A stretch of 64,000 nt of DNA, from NCBI RefSeq assembly GCF_006345805.1, contig NC_042998.1, positions 172,608,001 through 172,672,000 of the forward strand. Reading direction: 5' to 3'. The stretch is from Octopus sinensis. Lineage: Eukaryota. Position 1 is the stretch's first letter. Every line of letters begins with the position of its first letter. Below are positions 1 to 14,059 of the stretch, piece by piece. The notes beneath the pieces were generated by a model that ran no database searches, was not told the origin of the DNA, and saw nothing but the letters and a program-made list of their open reading frames with translations. The position numbers and the translations under genes are program-made.

Positions 1-1890
1 CGTAGCCGCTCGAATGCTGAGTTTCCCTTGGAGATGCATATGTCGACTTCTTCGTCAATGCTCAGCGATCTACAGAGTGTGCTGTCGAGGTATGTGAACT
101 TATATATGACTTTCAGGTTTTCCTCTTCGGCAGTGACAGTTGGTTCCACATACAGCTTCTGCGGTGCAAGTTGATGCATGACCTCTGTCTTCTGAGTCCT
201 GATTGCGAAGCTAAAGTTGCTGCAGGCAATAGAAAGTAGTTTATGCTGTGGCCCCTTGGTCTCTGTGGTGGAGTTGAGTGTGCCATCGTCTGTGAGCAGG
301 AACTCGTACACTGAGTTCTTTTCCATTTTGGTCATTTTTGCCTTCATAGGCTGAAGAGTTTGCCATCAGTCCTAAATCTGATCTTGCTGCTGATTTAGTC
401 GTCGTTGTAGAAGGCATCCGGCTGCAAGGCAGAGAACATCATGCTGAACAGCATAGGAGCAAATACACAATCCTATTTCAGTCCGCTAGTAACTGGAAAT
501 GCATCGGGAAAATCTCCATCGTTCAGTATTCGAACGTGAATGCCATCGTGAAACAGTCGTACCATGCCGGTGAATTTGTCCAGGCAGCCCCTAACTACTG
601 ACGCTATCAAAGGTCTTGGTTAGGCCTATAAACGTCGGATATAGATCCCTATTTTGTTTCTGAGACTCTTCCTGAAGTTGGCATGCGGCAGGAAACATGC
701 CGGCTGTCCACAGTCTTCTCTAAAGTCACTGACTTTCTGGTAGATGACTGCCTTCCATGTACTGAGTGAGGTGGTTAAGGAGGACACTTGTGAGTATTTT
801 ACCTGCGATGACAGGGAGGGAAATTACTCGATGGTTGTCAGAGGTTGTTTGTTTCCCTTTCCCTGGTGCTGATGGACAACAGAAGCGACTTTGAACACCC
901 TGAGGAACAACCTCTTGTTGCTACATGATCTGAAAAAGATTGGCGAGTTTCTGTGCCACGACTGATCACCCTCGCCTTGTATATTTCAGTTGGGATGGAG
1001 TCAGGGCTTGGTGCCTTGCCATTTGAGAGAAGCTTAATTATTTTGGGGCCTCTGCTTGTGGGAGAGTGTTGATGTTAACTTGGGGTATGTGAGCAGTATC
1101 CTTAACCTTGATAGAGGAAGGCTTGTTCAGGACGAAGTACTCTGCCGACCTTTCCAAGTTTGCTTTTTTGTCAGTAAGGAGTAACGTCCCATCAGCACTG
1201 AGCGGTGGTGATGTTCCGGAGGGCTGTGGTCGGTAGATAACTTTCAGAGTATCGTAGAAACGCTTAGAGTCGTTGCTGTCAGCGTACTTCTGTATTTGAT
1301 CCACCTTGTGGAGCCAGGAAGCTTGCATCTCTCTGAGCTTTACTTGCTCCTTACTTTTGGTAGCGTTGTAGGTTGCTTTCTTGGAAGCCGATGTGCTGTC
1401 TTGCTGAGAGATTTTGTAGGCTTCATGCTTCTCATTAAGCAGCTTCTGAATTTCTTCATCGTTGTTGTCGAAACGGTCTTGGTATCTGTGCGTGTTCTGG
1501 CCCAGATGCGTGAGTGCAGTGTTGCACACCATGTCTCTGAACACCATCCACTCCTCCTCTGTTCCTTTTGTATCAACATCGACTTGGCTCGACTTGCTAA
1601 ACAAGTCCTCACTGGGTTTCTGTATCACATTGTACCATTCCAATTTGCTAATGTTTAGTCGCTTGTTTATCGGATGTGCACGTCGTGTTTTGCGAGAATG
1701 GGTCTATGATCTATCTTGCATTCTGCACCACACATGGCCTTTGTTACTCTAATATCTCTTTTCCTCACTATGACGTAGTCAATACGATGCCAATGTTTGC
1801 TGCGCGGATGCATCCAGGACTTCCTTTTCTGTTTGGGCAGGCGAAACTTTGTGTTGGTGATCAGCAGGTCTTCAGCAGTAGATGATCGTT
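1..1890 (-). mobile_element. Degenerate RTE-clade (BovB-like) LINE; end of APE endonuclease, linker and RT; 5'-truncated, runs off window start
   Basis: Minus strand gives LLITNTKF..WMHPRSKHWHRIDYVIV (~1770-1865), ORF 1038-1643 (FDNNDEEIQKLL...FYDTLKVIY...SADGTLLLTDK) and RT segments near 400-580 (FHDG...FPVTSGLK*DCVFAPMLFSMMFSA, FRTDGKLF), all typical of RTE ORFs; many stops and frameshifts. Confidence 0.9.
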
Positions 1891-2454
1891 GCTGTATGAA
1901 AATAACAAAGAAACACGGCTATTGAAAAAATATTTACACATGCCGCTCGCAGCCCCCCCCCTCTCTCTCTCGCTCTCGATATTCATCTTTACTATTACGT
2001 ACATTGAATCATTAGAAAATCTATTGTTTATTATTTAAAAATGAGAATATCTCACTGCTAGCACAAAAAGCAAGACACAATATTTAATTGTAAACCTTTA
2101 GTATACTTGGTTGTATATTATGGTTGCAAAACGAAATACTGTGTCCTCGCTAATAATTAATATTAAAATACCAGCTGCCAGGAATGTATTTAATATGTAA
2201 ATTGGTTTTCCTAGTGGTGTTACACAGCTAAACTTAGTAGGTATTTAAACGATGCACTCGTGTAAAGTTGATGTAGTGCAGATAAAAAAGCAATAACTCT
2301 TGAAATATGCATAGATATCCATTAACTATTTTTTCTATCTTAGATCGTATTGAACACATAGACGTATTCGTATACGAAACGTCGTAATGCACGGTCTGAT
2401 ATCATTGTGCGTCATGGGTTGGCTTTTGTAACAGTAAAGGCACTTCTGTTTTTA

Positions 2455-2830
2455 AAATATGAAGTGAACACAACCTGTTTATAATCAACACAAAGTTCTC
2501 TTTCAATGAAAACCGAATCAAATTTGTTGCATCCTCGCTCCAAACACTGGTACCTCTGGGCTACATAATTATGAGATGGTGCGTTCTCAGTGATGACTAA
2601 TACGACCTATGCGTGGAGCTGAGTGCTGAACTGATCATAGTTCTCATTGTTAGTAAATTTGAAATTCAGAAGCAGGAGATACCCACTAAGTCAAGAGTTG
2701 AGGATTTCAGATCATAAGCATTTCAAAATGCCTTTCTTCAAACATCTCTGAAAAGTTAAATAAAACATTCTTCGAATCTGATTACATAGAGAGCTGTTGG
2801 GATTCCACTGCAGCTGACATACTTGACCTT
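2455..2830 (+). mobile_element. Older RTE-like endonuclease fragment
   Basis: Frameshifted HNLFIINTKF...HPRSKHW...TDH motifs on the plus strand. Confidence 0.6.
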
Positions 2831-4912
2831 TCAAGTAAACACCTCCAAGTTTGGATTTTGAAAGTAACAAAGAAACCCAAAGCTATTGAAAAAATCCCTA
2901 CATGTGCTGTTCACAGCAATCTCTCTTTCTCCACACTCATCTTTACTATCCGTACATGGAATCATCAAAAGCAAAATTTCCTTCAATCCCTTCAACACGG
3001 TAACTATTTCTGACGATGCGTCACCGTCATCTTCAAACATTGCTCCCTAGAGCTAACTCATAACCTCACGACTAGCTTTAATCTCCCTTGCTCTTCGTTG
3101 TCACTAATCTCTATCCCGCTACACAGTCTCTTTCTCTCTACTGTATGTTCAAAAGTGTAAGCCTATCTTTGTATTAAGTATGTTCCCTATACAAAAATAG
3201 AAGACTCTCTAACTCAGAACACTACCAATCCAGAACACGCCATCTTTTCATCATCACTTCAATTTTTTTTCATTTTCAGTGGCAGCCAGTGCAGCTTCAA
3301 CAGAGCCAGCTTTACCGGGGATTTATTCTTGCACTTCCTTTGTCGAATCCCATCTCCTCAGAACTTCTGTAAAAGCAATCTTGTTGAACTTGGCATTAGC
3401 AATGCCTTTGTCTGCGTCTAGCTTAGGAATCTCCTGTCTTAATTGTCTGTGTGTGTTCTAACTCTCTTAATGCTTGCTCGAAAGCTTCTTGTTGGACTTT
3501 ACCATTGCAGCAAATACCAGTATATGCTGCACATAAACACAGACCTTATCAACAATAGCGCACGCTAACGTTCGATAATATCTCCTCCACTCATGTGTGG
3601 ACCTGATTGCTTCCACTTCTAACAATATACTTCTATGCAAATGTTGCTTTATTTCACTTCACGTTAATTTTCTCTACAACTTACATACATAATTCACATG
3701 CAGCCCAAATTTCTTATGTTAAACTTATACTCTATCCATGAGAAAAAAACCCTTAAAAACATCTTTCAATGAAGACAGTATAGCCTTGTCTCTTCTCTCT
3801 CTTTCGTTTTCCTTACCGTTGTCTTTTATTTTTCATTATTATCTTCTCTTGCTTTTTCTCTCTCTGCTTCTTGTTCACCTTATCTCTTGTAAGATGATCA
3901 GCTGCCATTATAAATAACATTTAATAGTAGTAGCGCAATCAGATGATTGAAGATGAACGAATAACAACAAAATACACAAAAGAGAAGGGATCTTTCTACA
4001 CATAAATCAACAATACACAGCTACGCGTTTATGGGCTCACACACTTATAAACACACAGTTTCACACACAAACGTAAAGAAACAGAAAAGAAATTCAGAAC
4101 GAAACACACACTTTCATACCTAAATATAAATACACTGAAACAGATATAGATGCAAACACATACACACAATTAAATACAAAACAAATACAGAGGCAAACAC
4201 AAACATAAACAAAACTACACGAATAAACCCAGAATCACAACCATAAATACGTCGGCAACTCTGTTATCAGCAGTAATATATCACTACACATTTGAAGGAA
4301 GCAATCTTGTACTTCCCTTCTCTATTCGTAAGCAACATACAACTAACAACCTTCAACGGCTATGCAAATGATTATTTCTTGTGGTGACCACTCCTACCTA
4401 TATTACGATTTCAACACTAAAGCTCAAATAAGAAACCAGAATCAATTTAGTAAAGCCCTCCTTAGAATATCACTCACACCTCTGAGACGGCACTGAGACT
4501 ACACGTTGAATATCCTATATAACATCCAAAAGAAAGTACTTTAATCCAAAAATATATAATAACCAACTCAGAATCACCGATATGCCGTATCTTCTTTAGT
4601 TTGTCTTCACTACAAAGGTTCGTTCTCCTTTTAAGTAGCTGTTTACTCAAGGCTATTCTATCTTGTTTCTCTTTATACTTTAGTATGTCTTACATGTCAG
4701 TTTCTACACTGTATGCGTTGCTCAATATTTCAACCACAGAAGTTCACCTCTGCATATTTCTCTTCATTTACATTTTGTCTAGAGGCATTCAATTTTCTGA
4801 TGATCAAGCCAAGTTATTAACCGCATCTTTCTTACAACCAGGAAGAGATAAAATAGTTCGTCAGAATTGCTTCATCATCTCTATAATATAACAGCAAACA
4901 CTCGTATAAATA

Positions 4913-6107
4913 CAAAGTTCACTCCATAAGTCTTGAAACTGTTTCAGGAAGACATTTATTAATTTAAAAAAAGTACAAATCATTAATATCATTCAAAGTA
5001 GATCCTTTAACTTCAATGCACACTCAGTAGCCGCTTCATGAAGGCTTCATGGAAGTCTTCCAAAACGAAAGTGTTCAGAATCTTTGTTACAGCTTTCTTT
5101 ATCTCAGTATTTTCAAAACGACTGCCTCCTGAGGTTGGGGAGCAATCAAAATCACAGGTAGCAAGGTCTGGTCTGAAGGGAGGATGTTAGACAGTATTGA
5201 TGGCCATCCCTGTTGAATAGTTGCTTTCCAGGATGGAATTGTGGACTGGTGTATTGTCCTGGTGCAGGCACCACCGATCCAACTGGAAGCGCTCTGGCCT
5301 TTTACTCAGCAATCGCTTCTTGAATATTCTCAAGATCTCCATAAAACACCCATTGTTGACCGCTTGGCCGGAGGAAATCCTGATATCTTTCTGTCGAAGA
5401 TCATTATGAACTCCCCGGTGGACTTGTTTTGCCTGGCATTCTTGGGACTGGGGGAGCCAGGAGGATGCCTTCATTTCTAGATCATATCTGTCGATTCGGC
5501 TATTGTCAAAGGTCACCATAAAATCAAGAACTCTTGAATAGGAGGTAATAAACTCAAGCACCTCCCTGCTGTCACCAACGTGTCTTTACCTCCGTTCGTC
5601 TCTAAGGATCCTGGGAACAGTTTTGCGCATGTTCGTGTACAGTTCGTCTGTATGCTTGTTGTGCTTATAGACACAGCGGTCTTCGTACAGAAAATTGCGA
5701 ATTTTCTCAACCAGATTTGGTGCCCTCTCCTTCTTATACACCCCCATCATCTTTTATCTCCTCTCTACCGTCCTTGAGCCTCTTATGCAAGCGCAAAACA
5801 GATCCTCGGTTCATAGAAATTGATCCATAAGCAGTCTGGATTGATTCATGAGCTTTTCTAACGCTTTGACAAAACATTTTATTGCACAGCGAGCATCCAA
5901 ATTGTCTTCACGTCTCGCTTGCATTCCGAAAACTAGTCAGTTGTGACAAACAATGTTTAGTTTGGTGTGTTCAAAGTGCTGTTGCAGCCATCTCCTTCAA
6001 TCTGGAATAGAAGGTTGGAAGATCAACCAAGAAAAAATTACTATAATCTAGGGCAGTTATAGTTTTCTCTTTTAAAAAGTGTTTTAAAATTTCTGGAATG
6101 CACCTAG
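4913..6107 (-). mobile_element. Decayed mariner transposon (~1.2 kb)
   Basis: Minus strand WCLHQDNTPVH (ORF 5187-5561) and HPPFRPDLATCDF; N-terminal ARCAIKCFVK near 5900; degenerate ~27-bp TIRs at 4913 and 6107 (about 19/27 match), TA at 4911. Confidence 0.85.
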
Positions 6108-6120
6108 CACATAAGTATAA

Positions 6121-6139
6121 ATACACACACACACACACA

Positions 6140-6189
<50 letters not shown>
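6121..6189. repeat. (CA)n microsatellite
   Basis: Direct reading. Confidence 0.95.
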
Positions 6190-6190
<1 letters not shown>

Positions 6191-6739
6191 CCCCCCAAAC
6201 ACTTCATTGAACTTTATGTGTAAAATGTCCGTCTGTCTCATGAATCTCGAAATTTCTATAAGTTTCTGATAGACAAGCTTCAGTGTATGTCCTCCCTTCC
6301 TCTATGTTTGTATTCATTCCCTAACTTTCTTTTCGCTTCACTCACTCACAGCGTGTGTATGTGTGTGTGCATGTGAAATCGCGTGTGTGTGTGTGCGTGC
6401 GTGAATAGCGTGTGCGTGTGAGTTTGGAGGTCGTACAGTCATGGTCAGATGTTTCTGGAAGAGATTAATTTGTCCTAAGTTTTACTTTAGAGGTGCTCTC
6501 TCTGAAACCTTTTAGTTTTCGACCAAACTGCTCTGCAGTAATGATATGCCTTCCTCGTTCATATATTTCATTTCAGTATTTTAAAATATTCGATTTTCAA
6601 TGATTCTTTCGTGGAAGCCATGAATCTTAGCTTATATAAAAAAAAACTGTTGTGGAAGGATTCCGACCACCCCTCAAGTGACTAAAAGTGGACTGACTCA
6701 TGGTTATGAATGAAAGAACTGTGAGTGATTGGCGATATT

Positions 6740-8236
6740 CTCCATCTATACTCTATACCTTAGAAAGGGTAAATAGGTTTCTTGGCAAGGGTGGGGCGTT
6801 GGTCCATTTAGACCAATCCAAAAGCCTTTGATAGGGTAGACCATCGGTATCTGGCGGCGGTTCTCGAGGCGGCCGGTTTTGGCTAGACATTCCGCAGCTG
6901 GATCAACACTTTATATAGCAACATCAAGTCGGTAGTTCGGGTGAACTGTTTCTTTTTGGAGCCGTTCAATATCGAAAGCTTGGTTCGTCAAGGTTGTACA
7001 CTTTCACCCCTGCTGTATTTATTGGCTCTCGAGCCACTACTGAGAAGATGAAGCGACGAGTAGAGACCAGCAAGATATAGGGTATGGAAAGTCAGTCACA
7101 GTGTCTGCGGACGATGTCGCTGTCATCGTATACAGGGACCAGGAACTACAGAGAGTAGGTGAGGCTCTAAAGGATTACGAAGAGGTGGCAGGAGCAAGAA
7201 TTGGCCGGGATAAATCGGTCGGCTTGCAGCAAGTCGATGCAGTCCAACAGCGTCGTCGGACGAGATATTTCCCAGGTTCACCTCTTTTGGTGAAATGGAA
7301 TGCTGGATCAGGCGTAGACCAAGGCTGGGATCTTCGCAAGCAGAGTGTCGACAGGCGTGCGTGCTTCTCTCCCGAACGAGCAATGCCGGTGGAGGGGATA
7401 CCACCTCCACGTACTATAGATGGGTGGTAGAGAGCAAGTGTGATGACGGCCTGGCGGAGACTCTGGCCTTCGATGAAAGTCAGATCGCCAACCTGCATCG
7501 AAGGACTTTGATCCAGGACCTATGGATAACTTCCAGAGGTCCCTGGATTGGCTATGGTTCCGAAGTGCCTTGCCAGTTCGAGATAAACTCGCGAGGCACG
7601 GCGTTACGGTTTCGCCTACGCGCCCACATTGCGGACAGAGCAACGAAACTGTTTTGCATGCAATCGTACAGTGTCCGAGTCTCTGGGACCTGTGGGTTTC
7701 TATCTAACGGGTACTATCACAGCTGGGGAGAGTACATCTGTCAGCCGAATCCATTATTAAGATCGTTCCGCCGTCTCCTCTAAAAGAAGAGAAATTTTGT
7801 TTTCTAGTCGTAATAGCTATAGCGAAAGAAGTTATATGGAAGATGCGTGGAAGAGGTATCACATCAAGCACCTTCGTCTCCAGGCATGCTTTGGTTAATC
7901 TTTTATTACATCAATTAAGAGGGAAAGCATATCTGGAGAAGAAATGCCTGACGTCAAGAAAGTATGAAAAAAGGATGGAAGAAAGTAGCCCGAATGTTGG
8001 GTATATAAGTGTCCAATTAAGTGGGGTAAAAAAACAAAACAAGGATGAAGTAAACGGTTCAACGCAGGAATGCGGTTGGTGGGGACAAACCCATCCCGCG
8101 TCCATTCATTTACTTCTCATTTTCATCCGAATTTATAATATATTTATTCATATATGTAATATCATTCGATAAGTTCCCGATCCCATTTCTCCTGTGTATT
8201 GCCCCCTTTTTGTTTAACCCTGTGATTTCAATAAAA
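6740..8236 (+). mobile_element. Degenerate Tx1/L1-clade LINE, RT to 3' end
   Basis: LDQSK/AFDRVDHRYLAAVLEAAGFG (~6810), VRQGCTLSPLLYLLALEPL (~6985), SADDVAV...EVAGARIGRDKS (7101), C-terminal zinc-knuckle-like LPVRDKLARHG...HCGQSNETVLHAIVQCP (~7565-7680), AATAAA near 8230. Confidence 0.88.
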
Positions 8237-10091
8237 TCATAGTGTTGGTAGCCTTTGATGTAGAGCGGTGAGTCTCGTGTAGCAGTAATACGTCGCGTAT
8301 ATGCTTTCTCCCCCCTCCTTCGTTATATTATGTATCCAATACAAAAATATATAAAAAAAAAGTACAATGAAAAATCGGCTCAGAATTAATGAGAATTTAG
8401 AGTTAGTGAAAATTTGATTATACTTTAGACATAGCAATATTCCGTACGGACCATTAGAACACTCAGCACTCAATAACTAACAAAGAAAGTGCACCAATTC
8501 TTAACAGGAGCTTTTTGTCAAAAATAACGCATACCAAACATCCCAACTCTGAAATCCGGCCTATGTCATGTAACAAAGTGTAGGTGACAGAGATGAAACT
8601 CAAATGGCAGGTCATGTGACGCAAAAGGAGACCGTGACGAATAAATAAATAAATAAATAAACGAATCTATAAATATAGGAAGGAGACGACTCAACCATAA
8701 GATACTAAAGGTCAAAGCGAATCAAGAATCACGGAAATGAACACGTACAGAGACTTTAAGAATTCAACAAAATAATCACTGTTCGAGCGCACTACTGAGT
8801 CCAATATACACTGTTTCTCTAAATAGTATTAATAATAATGGTTCATAACCATTCCAAAAAAGACACAACTTATAGTGATGTTATGAGGTAGAATGATATT
8901 ACAAGATAAATTGGCTTGTTTCCTAGTTCATCGGTGGTATTTAATTTACCAACTCAGAGGGATAAAAGGCAAAATTAGCCAATAATTTAAATGATTAAAT
9001 AGATGTAAATGAAATACTACAAGGCATTTAATCTACATTTTCCTAATTATATATTTATTCAGTTTATACACCCAGAAATACGGTAAATTATTGTTGATTA
9101 GTTCTTCGAGTATTGTGAGAAACAAACAAATATGTTGAAGCGGCCATTTAATATTGACTCTCTATTCGTCAACTATGAGAACAGCATATACACTTCGGAA
9201 AAGAATGGAAATAAGTTGCCTGATCCCAGCGCTTAAGCCAAGTAACACATTAACGATAATTAAACTACAATATTATATAATTGATGCGAATATTGATTCC
9301 TCTGGTGTTATTGTGTCTAGCATAATAAGTTTAGTGAGAGAAATGGCAATCTGTAAGTACAAAAACTAGAAATAAGACTACTTCTCTGGAAATTGCATTG
9401 CCAGTTCATTTCACTACACTTATACGTTTATAGTTGAGATACCTGACTTCAGATGGAATACAATGACCACAGCTACAAGAAAAACAGCAAGGCTGAACAG
9501 AATACTGAGGTCTTACAGCATGGAATTTTACAGCACTATCTGCACACAGTATATTTTCTGAAATAATAAGACGACCAGTCAAATTACAGAGTTTTCAGTG
9601 CGTCTTTAAAGTTTACAAGCAAGACCAACAGAAATGTATTGAAGACATTTCATTCTAGCATGTTACTGGAATCTACTATATTGATATAGAAGAGATAGAA
9701 AATTTATAATATTATAAAGTAATAGTTCGACACTAAATTTGTCAATCTGCCTTTCCGTACGCAGTCCTTAAGGTATCTAAGCTGAAGCAGTATCATTTGA
9801 TCAAGAGTGGAACAAAACTGTAATAGTTATAACTCATGTTTTTATGAGACTTATTGTTGATATTATTATTGTTGTTGTTTAGTCCCAACTTATCCTTAAT
9901 TAAGCAGTAACTCGTCACAGTTTCGTTTTTTTCCTTTCCTCAGGCAGTATGGAATAATTTCCTTATGGCAGTATGGAATAATTTGAGGGATATTTGACTG
10001 CTATTTCTACCAGATCGAACATCTGATTCTTTACTTTTTATTCGTTATTTATTTGGACTGAACGAAGAGCCTGTGCTCATGTCCTTTGTAG

Positions 10092-10173
10092 GTTATCCAA
10101 GCCCGGCGAGATCGACGTGATTAATATTCTAGAAGAATATCAGATTGACAACCGCTGGGAAAACGTGGGCTGT
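10092..10173 (+). CDS. Candidate internal host exon, product unknown (xLSKPGEIDVINILEEYQIDNRWENVGC)
   Basis: Acceptor tcctttgtag|G and donor TGT|gtaagg; only one of three frames is open; CpG-rich against an AT-rich background. No protein recognised. Confidence 0.35.
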
Positions 10174-11996
10174 GTAAGGAGGTTAATTGGTTGCTAAAAT
10201 TTCAAATAAGTTGGTGGATGCATTTTACAGCATTTTACAAAGAGTAGTTGTTAACTTGATATTTGTTCGTTTGAATATATTTTGCCATCATAACCAAAGC
10301 CATTACATCTGAATCGAAATGAAATCTAAGTTTTTAATTATTCCCCTCTTTTAAAAATAAGAAGTCTAATTACTACACACTTTTTTATGGTGTAAATATT
10401 TGAGAGAAGAGACTGCCATATGTTTTGCTTTCTCAATTTCAACATCAGCTGGTAATTTGAGTAATCTGCATTTTAACTTGAACATTTCTTAAAAGAATCT
10501 TTCAGCAACGTAAAGAGATCTTAATTTTAATTAACGAAATGTAAGGTTTGGATATGGCTTTTCATTTTCGGTGATTACACACTATAAATGAAACCACATC
10601 AATATGATTCAGCCATTTTATTGATACGAAACGACATATAATCCAGCAATTATCACATGAACAAGCCACTCTGCTCAGTTTGTAAGGCGTCAGTGACTGA
10701 AACAACCTTTTCGAAAATAATATTAAAATTAGTTTACTAAGTATTGCTTCGAAAGATGCAGTATTTTCCCTTTAAGGCTCGGGTGTGATTTCTGACTGAA
10801 GTTCATTGCATGATGGTGAGTCCGATAATCTGCTGAACTATAGGTACATTAGCGAATGCTAGGGTAATTCAGCTGGGTAAAGCTCAGTTTTCTCTAATCT
10901 ACATCTAGAGAAACCATTGCAATTTTAAGGTCACTCTGCTACTTATTGGTTGACATATTAACAACTACGTGAAAATGTTCTTGATAACTAGCTATATTGA
11001 CCAGATATGTAAAATTTTCTGGTGAGCAGATATAAGCCATCATCTCAACTATCTATTGAGCTTAACATCTTATTTGGTCCTTGCTGAAGGAATAAGTCTA
11101 ACAATTTAAGTGACTGCATTCTTTCTTATAAAAAACGCAACTGAACCTCGTTAAAAAGCAATTAACTAATAGTAATAATATTAATATATCATTATTTACA
11201 TATCTCAGGAATTCTTTCTGAGGCTATTCTTGTCAACTTATATATAGAGTTCGAACCGGATGACATATTGCAGAAAGTTAAGGTATTGTTGTTTAACATA
11301 AGGATGCAGTATCATGTATTTATCCATACAGAAACAAACTCGTTGAACATCAAAGATGATGCTTTAGTGTTATTCACTGTTATTCTTAGTTTACTTAAAA
11401 AGATTTCCACTGTCGATAACTATGAATTTTCAATAAATCAAGCTTGATCTGTGCAGAAGACTGATGTTCGTACTATTTTAGTTCCACAGTCATATAAACA
11501 ATGTTTTGTTTCTTTAGTTATTATGAGCTTTAGAAATCTAAATTTGAAACATAATAATAATAATAATAATGATAATAATAATAACAGGACATAACAACAG
11601 GCGTCTTTCGACTGGGGACGAATTGAATTCAGCTGGCGTGTATGGAAATGAAGTTTTACGGCAGAGGGAAGAGTATCGATGTGACAGTGACCGTGGTCAG
11701 ATACAAAAGGGCTAGCAGTCGGCCAACGGTCACGTGAGAAGAGAAGAGAGAGAAAAAGATGAACAAAGGAATTTAGGAGGGGAGAAGAGAGAGAGAGAGA
11801 GTGTGTGTGTAGAAGTAGATAGACGGAAGAATCAAGGAGTGGCGAGAAAAAAAGGGGAGACAGGGACATAGTGAAGTGCAAAGGGAGTAAGAAAGGCAAA
11901 GAAATGTGAGAGAGAGTGGGGAGAAAGATTTGAAAAAGTCGCACAAAATTTAGTGAAATGTGTACTTACATATAAGAGAACAAAGTGTACGTACGC

Positions 11997-12087
11997 CATA
12001 CATACATACATACATACATACATACATACATACATACATACATACATACATACATACATACATACATACATACATACATACATACAT
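11997..12087. repeat. (CATA)n microsatellite
   Basis: Direct reading. Confidence 0.95.
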
Positions 12088-12639
12088 CTATATATGCATG
12101 TATGTATATAAGAAGTAAACACAAATGGCGTTCATAAGTTGATATCTAAACCTATTAATCTTAAATAAATTTGCGCTCGCGCACAAACAATCACACACGG
12201 TTGCGACCATCTGTATATATTTATAAGTGCGAACTTAACGGCTTTTCTTGTCACGCCCTGAGCTGTCAACCTTGAGGAATAACTAAATCAATATGTTTGA
12301 TTTCTAAATGACATTATTAACGTTTTATATATCTCCACGTTCCTTTCTACCTTTCCTCCATCATTATCACTACCTCCCCACCCACCCAACCAAATTATTA
12401 ATCTTTATTACATTTCTATTAATTTTATTGTCTATTTATATTTTATTTTTACCGTTGTTATTTTTTTTCCTTTTCTCACACTTAATCTCATTTTTATCTC
12501 ATTAAAAATTTCGTTTATTTATTTTTAGTTCTGTTTACATTTGTGATCTATTTGACATCACCACTAAGAACAACAACCTAACAGTTTACTATTTAATTAT
12601 TATTATTATTATTATTGTTGTTGTTGTTGTTGTTGTTAT

Positions 12640-13074
12640 GGATTTAATTCGGTTTGAACGGCAGTTTTAACATAATTTCTAGGTAACTAAAAAATTTTAA
12701 ACTTCGTATACTGGTAGAATGTGTTTATAAAACATCTTTTTCTCTTGGCTTTATTGAGAAAATTCTGTAGTTTGTAAGATATTTGTTCTTTTTTTTTGCA
12801 ATTTCTGCAATTTCAACCAATCACTAACGTCCATTGAGGTAAACAACATTCTGTGCCGTATGAATATGTCCCTCGTTTAAGAAACAGATTGGGTTTATTT
12901 ACATTTCTGAAGAAAAAAAAAATAGCCTTCCCCACCCCTAACCTTAACTAACCCTAACCAAGCCTAACCCTGAAACAGATTTAAATGCAATAGATCGATA
13001 CTAGGGTCATAATTATGGGTGACAATTTCATATGACACCGCTAGGAAAAACTGCCGTTCAAACCGAAAAGATCC
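12640..13074. mobile_element. MITE copy 1 (GGATC...GATCC TIR family) with degenerate CCCTAA tract
   Basis: High identity to 15753-16203; right TIR intact, left TIR slightly mutated; inserted in a TTA/TTG microsatellite. Confidence 0.88.
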
Positions 13075-13078
13075 ATTA

Positions 13079-13172
<94 letters not shown>

Positions 13173-13183
13173 TATTATTATTA

Positions 13184-13219
<36 letters not shown>
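13075..13219. repeat. Compound (ATT)n(CAT)n(ATT)n microsatellite
   Basis: Direct reading. Confidence 0.95.
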
Positions 13220-13221
<2 letters not shown>

Positions 13222-13419
13222 TTTTTTTTTTCTTCTTTCAAATTTGCTTCCATTTCTTGCCGAGTGTCTTCCCGACTCCTAGGGCAAAGAAACTCATAGT
13301 ATACATTGGTAGGCCATTAAACTAAACTCAATAGTTCGTTCATTTTTTTTTTTAAGTTAAATTAAAATACATGGGAAATAATAATTCTCACATCGACAAT
13401 GCTCTTCTCAATATTATTA

Positions 13420-13487
<68 letters not shown>

Positions 13488-14059
13488 GTCATTTGTGTTT
13501 GGAAGGAGTGGAAGTATGTACGTGGCTCGTAAATTTTCTTCAAAATTTGTTGTTTTATAAGTTGGTATTCGAATTTTTGTCGAGTTATTTACCAGACACG
13601 CCGGCTTGCCTTGAATCTGGCAAGCTGCTGCGGAAAAGAACTCACCTCTTAATGGCGAGTTTTGAGATTTAAAATGGAAAAATTAATATTCTTAAACAAA
13701 CAAATATCAATGTGGTCCCCCGGATCGAGGGAAGTGACGGCTATTGAAACAGCCAGTATGACATTTGATTTTCCACCACTTGTTATCAACTGGTCGAGAG
13801 GCGAAGTAGAAAGCAGCAGCAACAGAAACAACAACAACAGCGACAGCAATACAAATAGTAAGAGCAGTGACGAGCAGAACTTCTTTAAAACTGAGGCAAG
13901 CACGACGACGACGACGACAACGATGACGACGACAACGACGACCACCACGACCACCACGACCACCACGACCACCACGACCACCAGCACCACCAGCACCATC
14001 ACCACCACCAACAACAACAACACCGCCGCCGCCAGCAAACATTATTGAAACGACAACAG

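Noticed and set aside
11687-11733. Hairpin GTGACCGTGG...CCAACGGTCAC as a pre-miRNA
   Set aside because: Stem only ~12-15 bp with bulges and no basal extension.
13662-14048. 128-aa Thr/Asn-rich ORF, and the similar 19195-19497 and 56139-56411 ORFs
   Set aside because: Openness is explained by trinucleotide low-complexity tracts; no recognisable domain or splice support.
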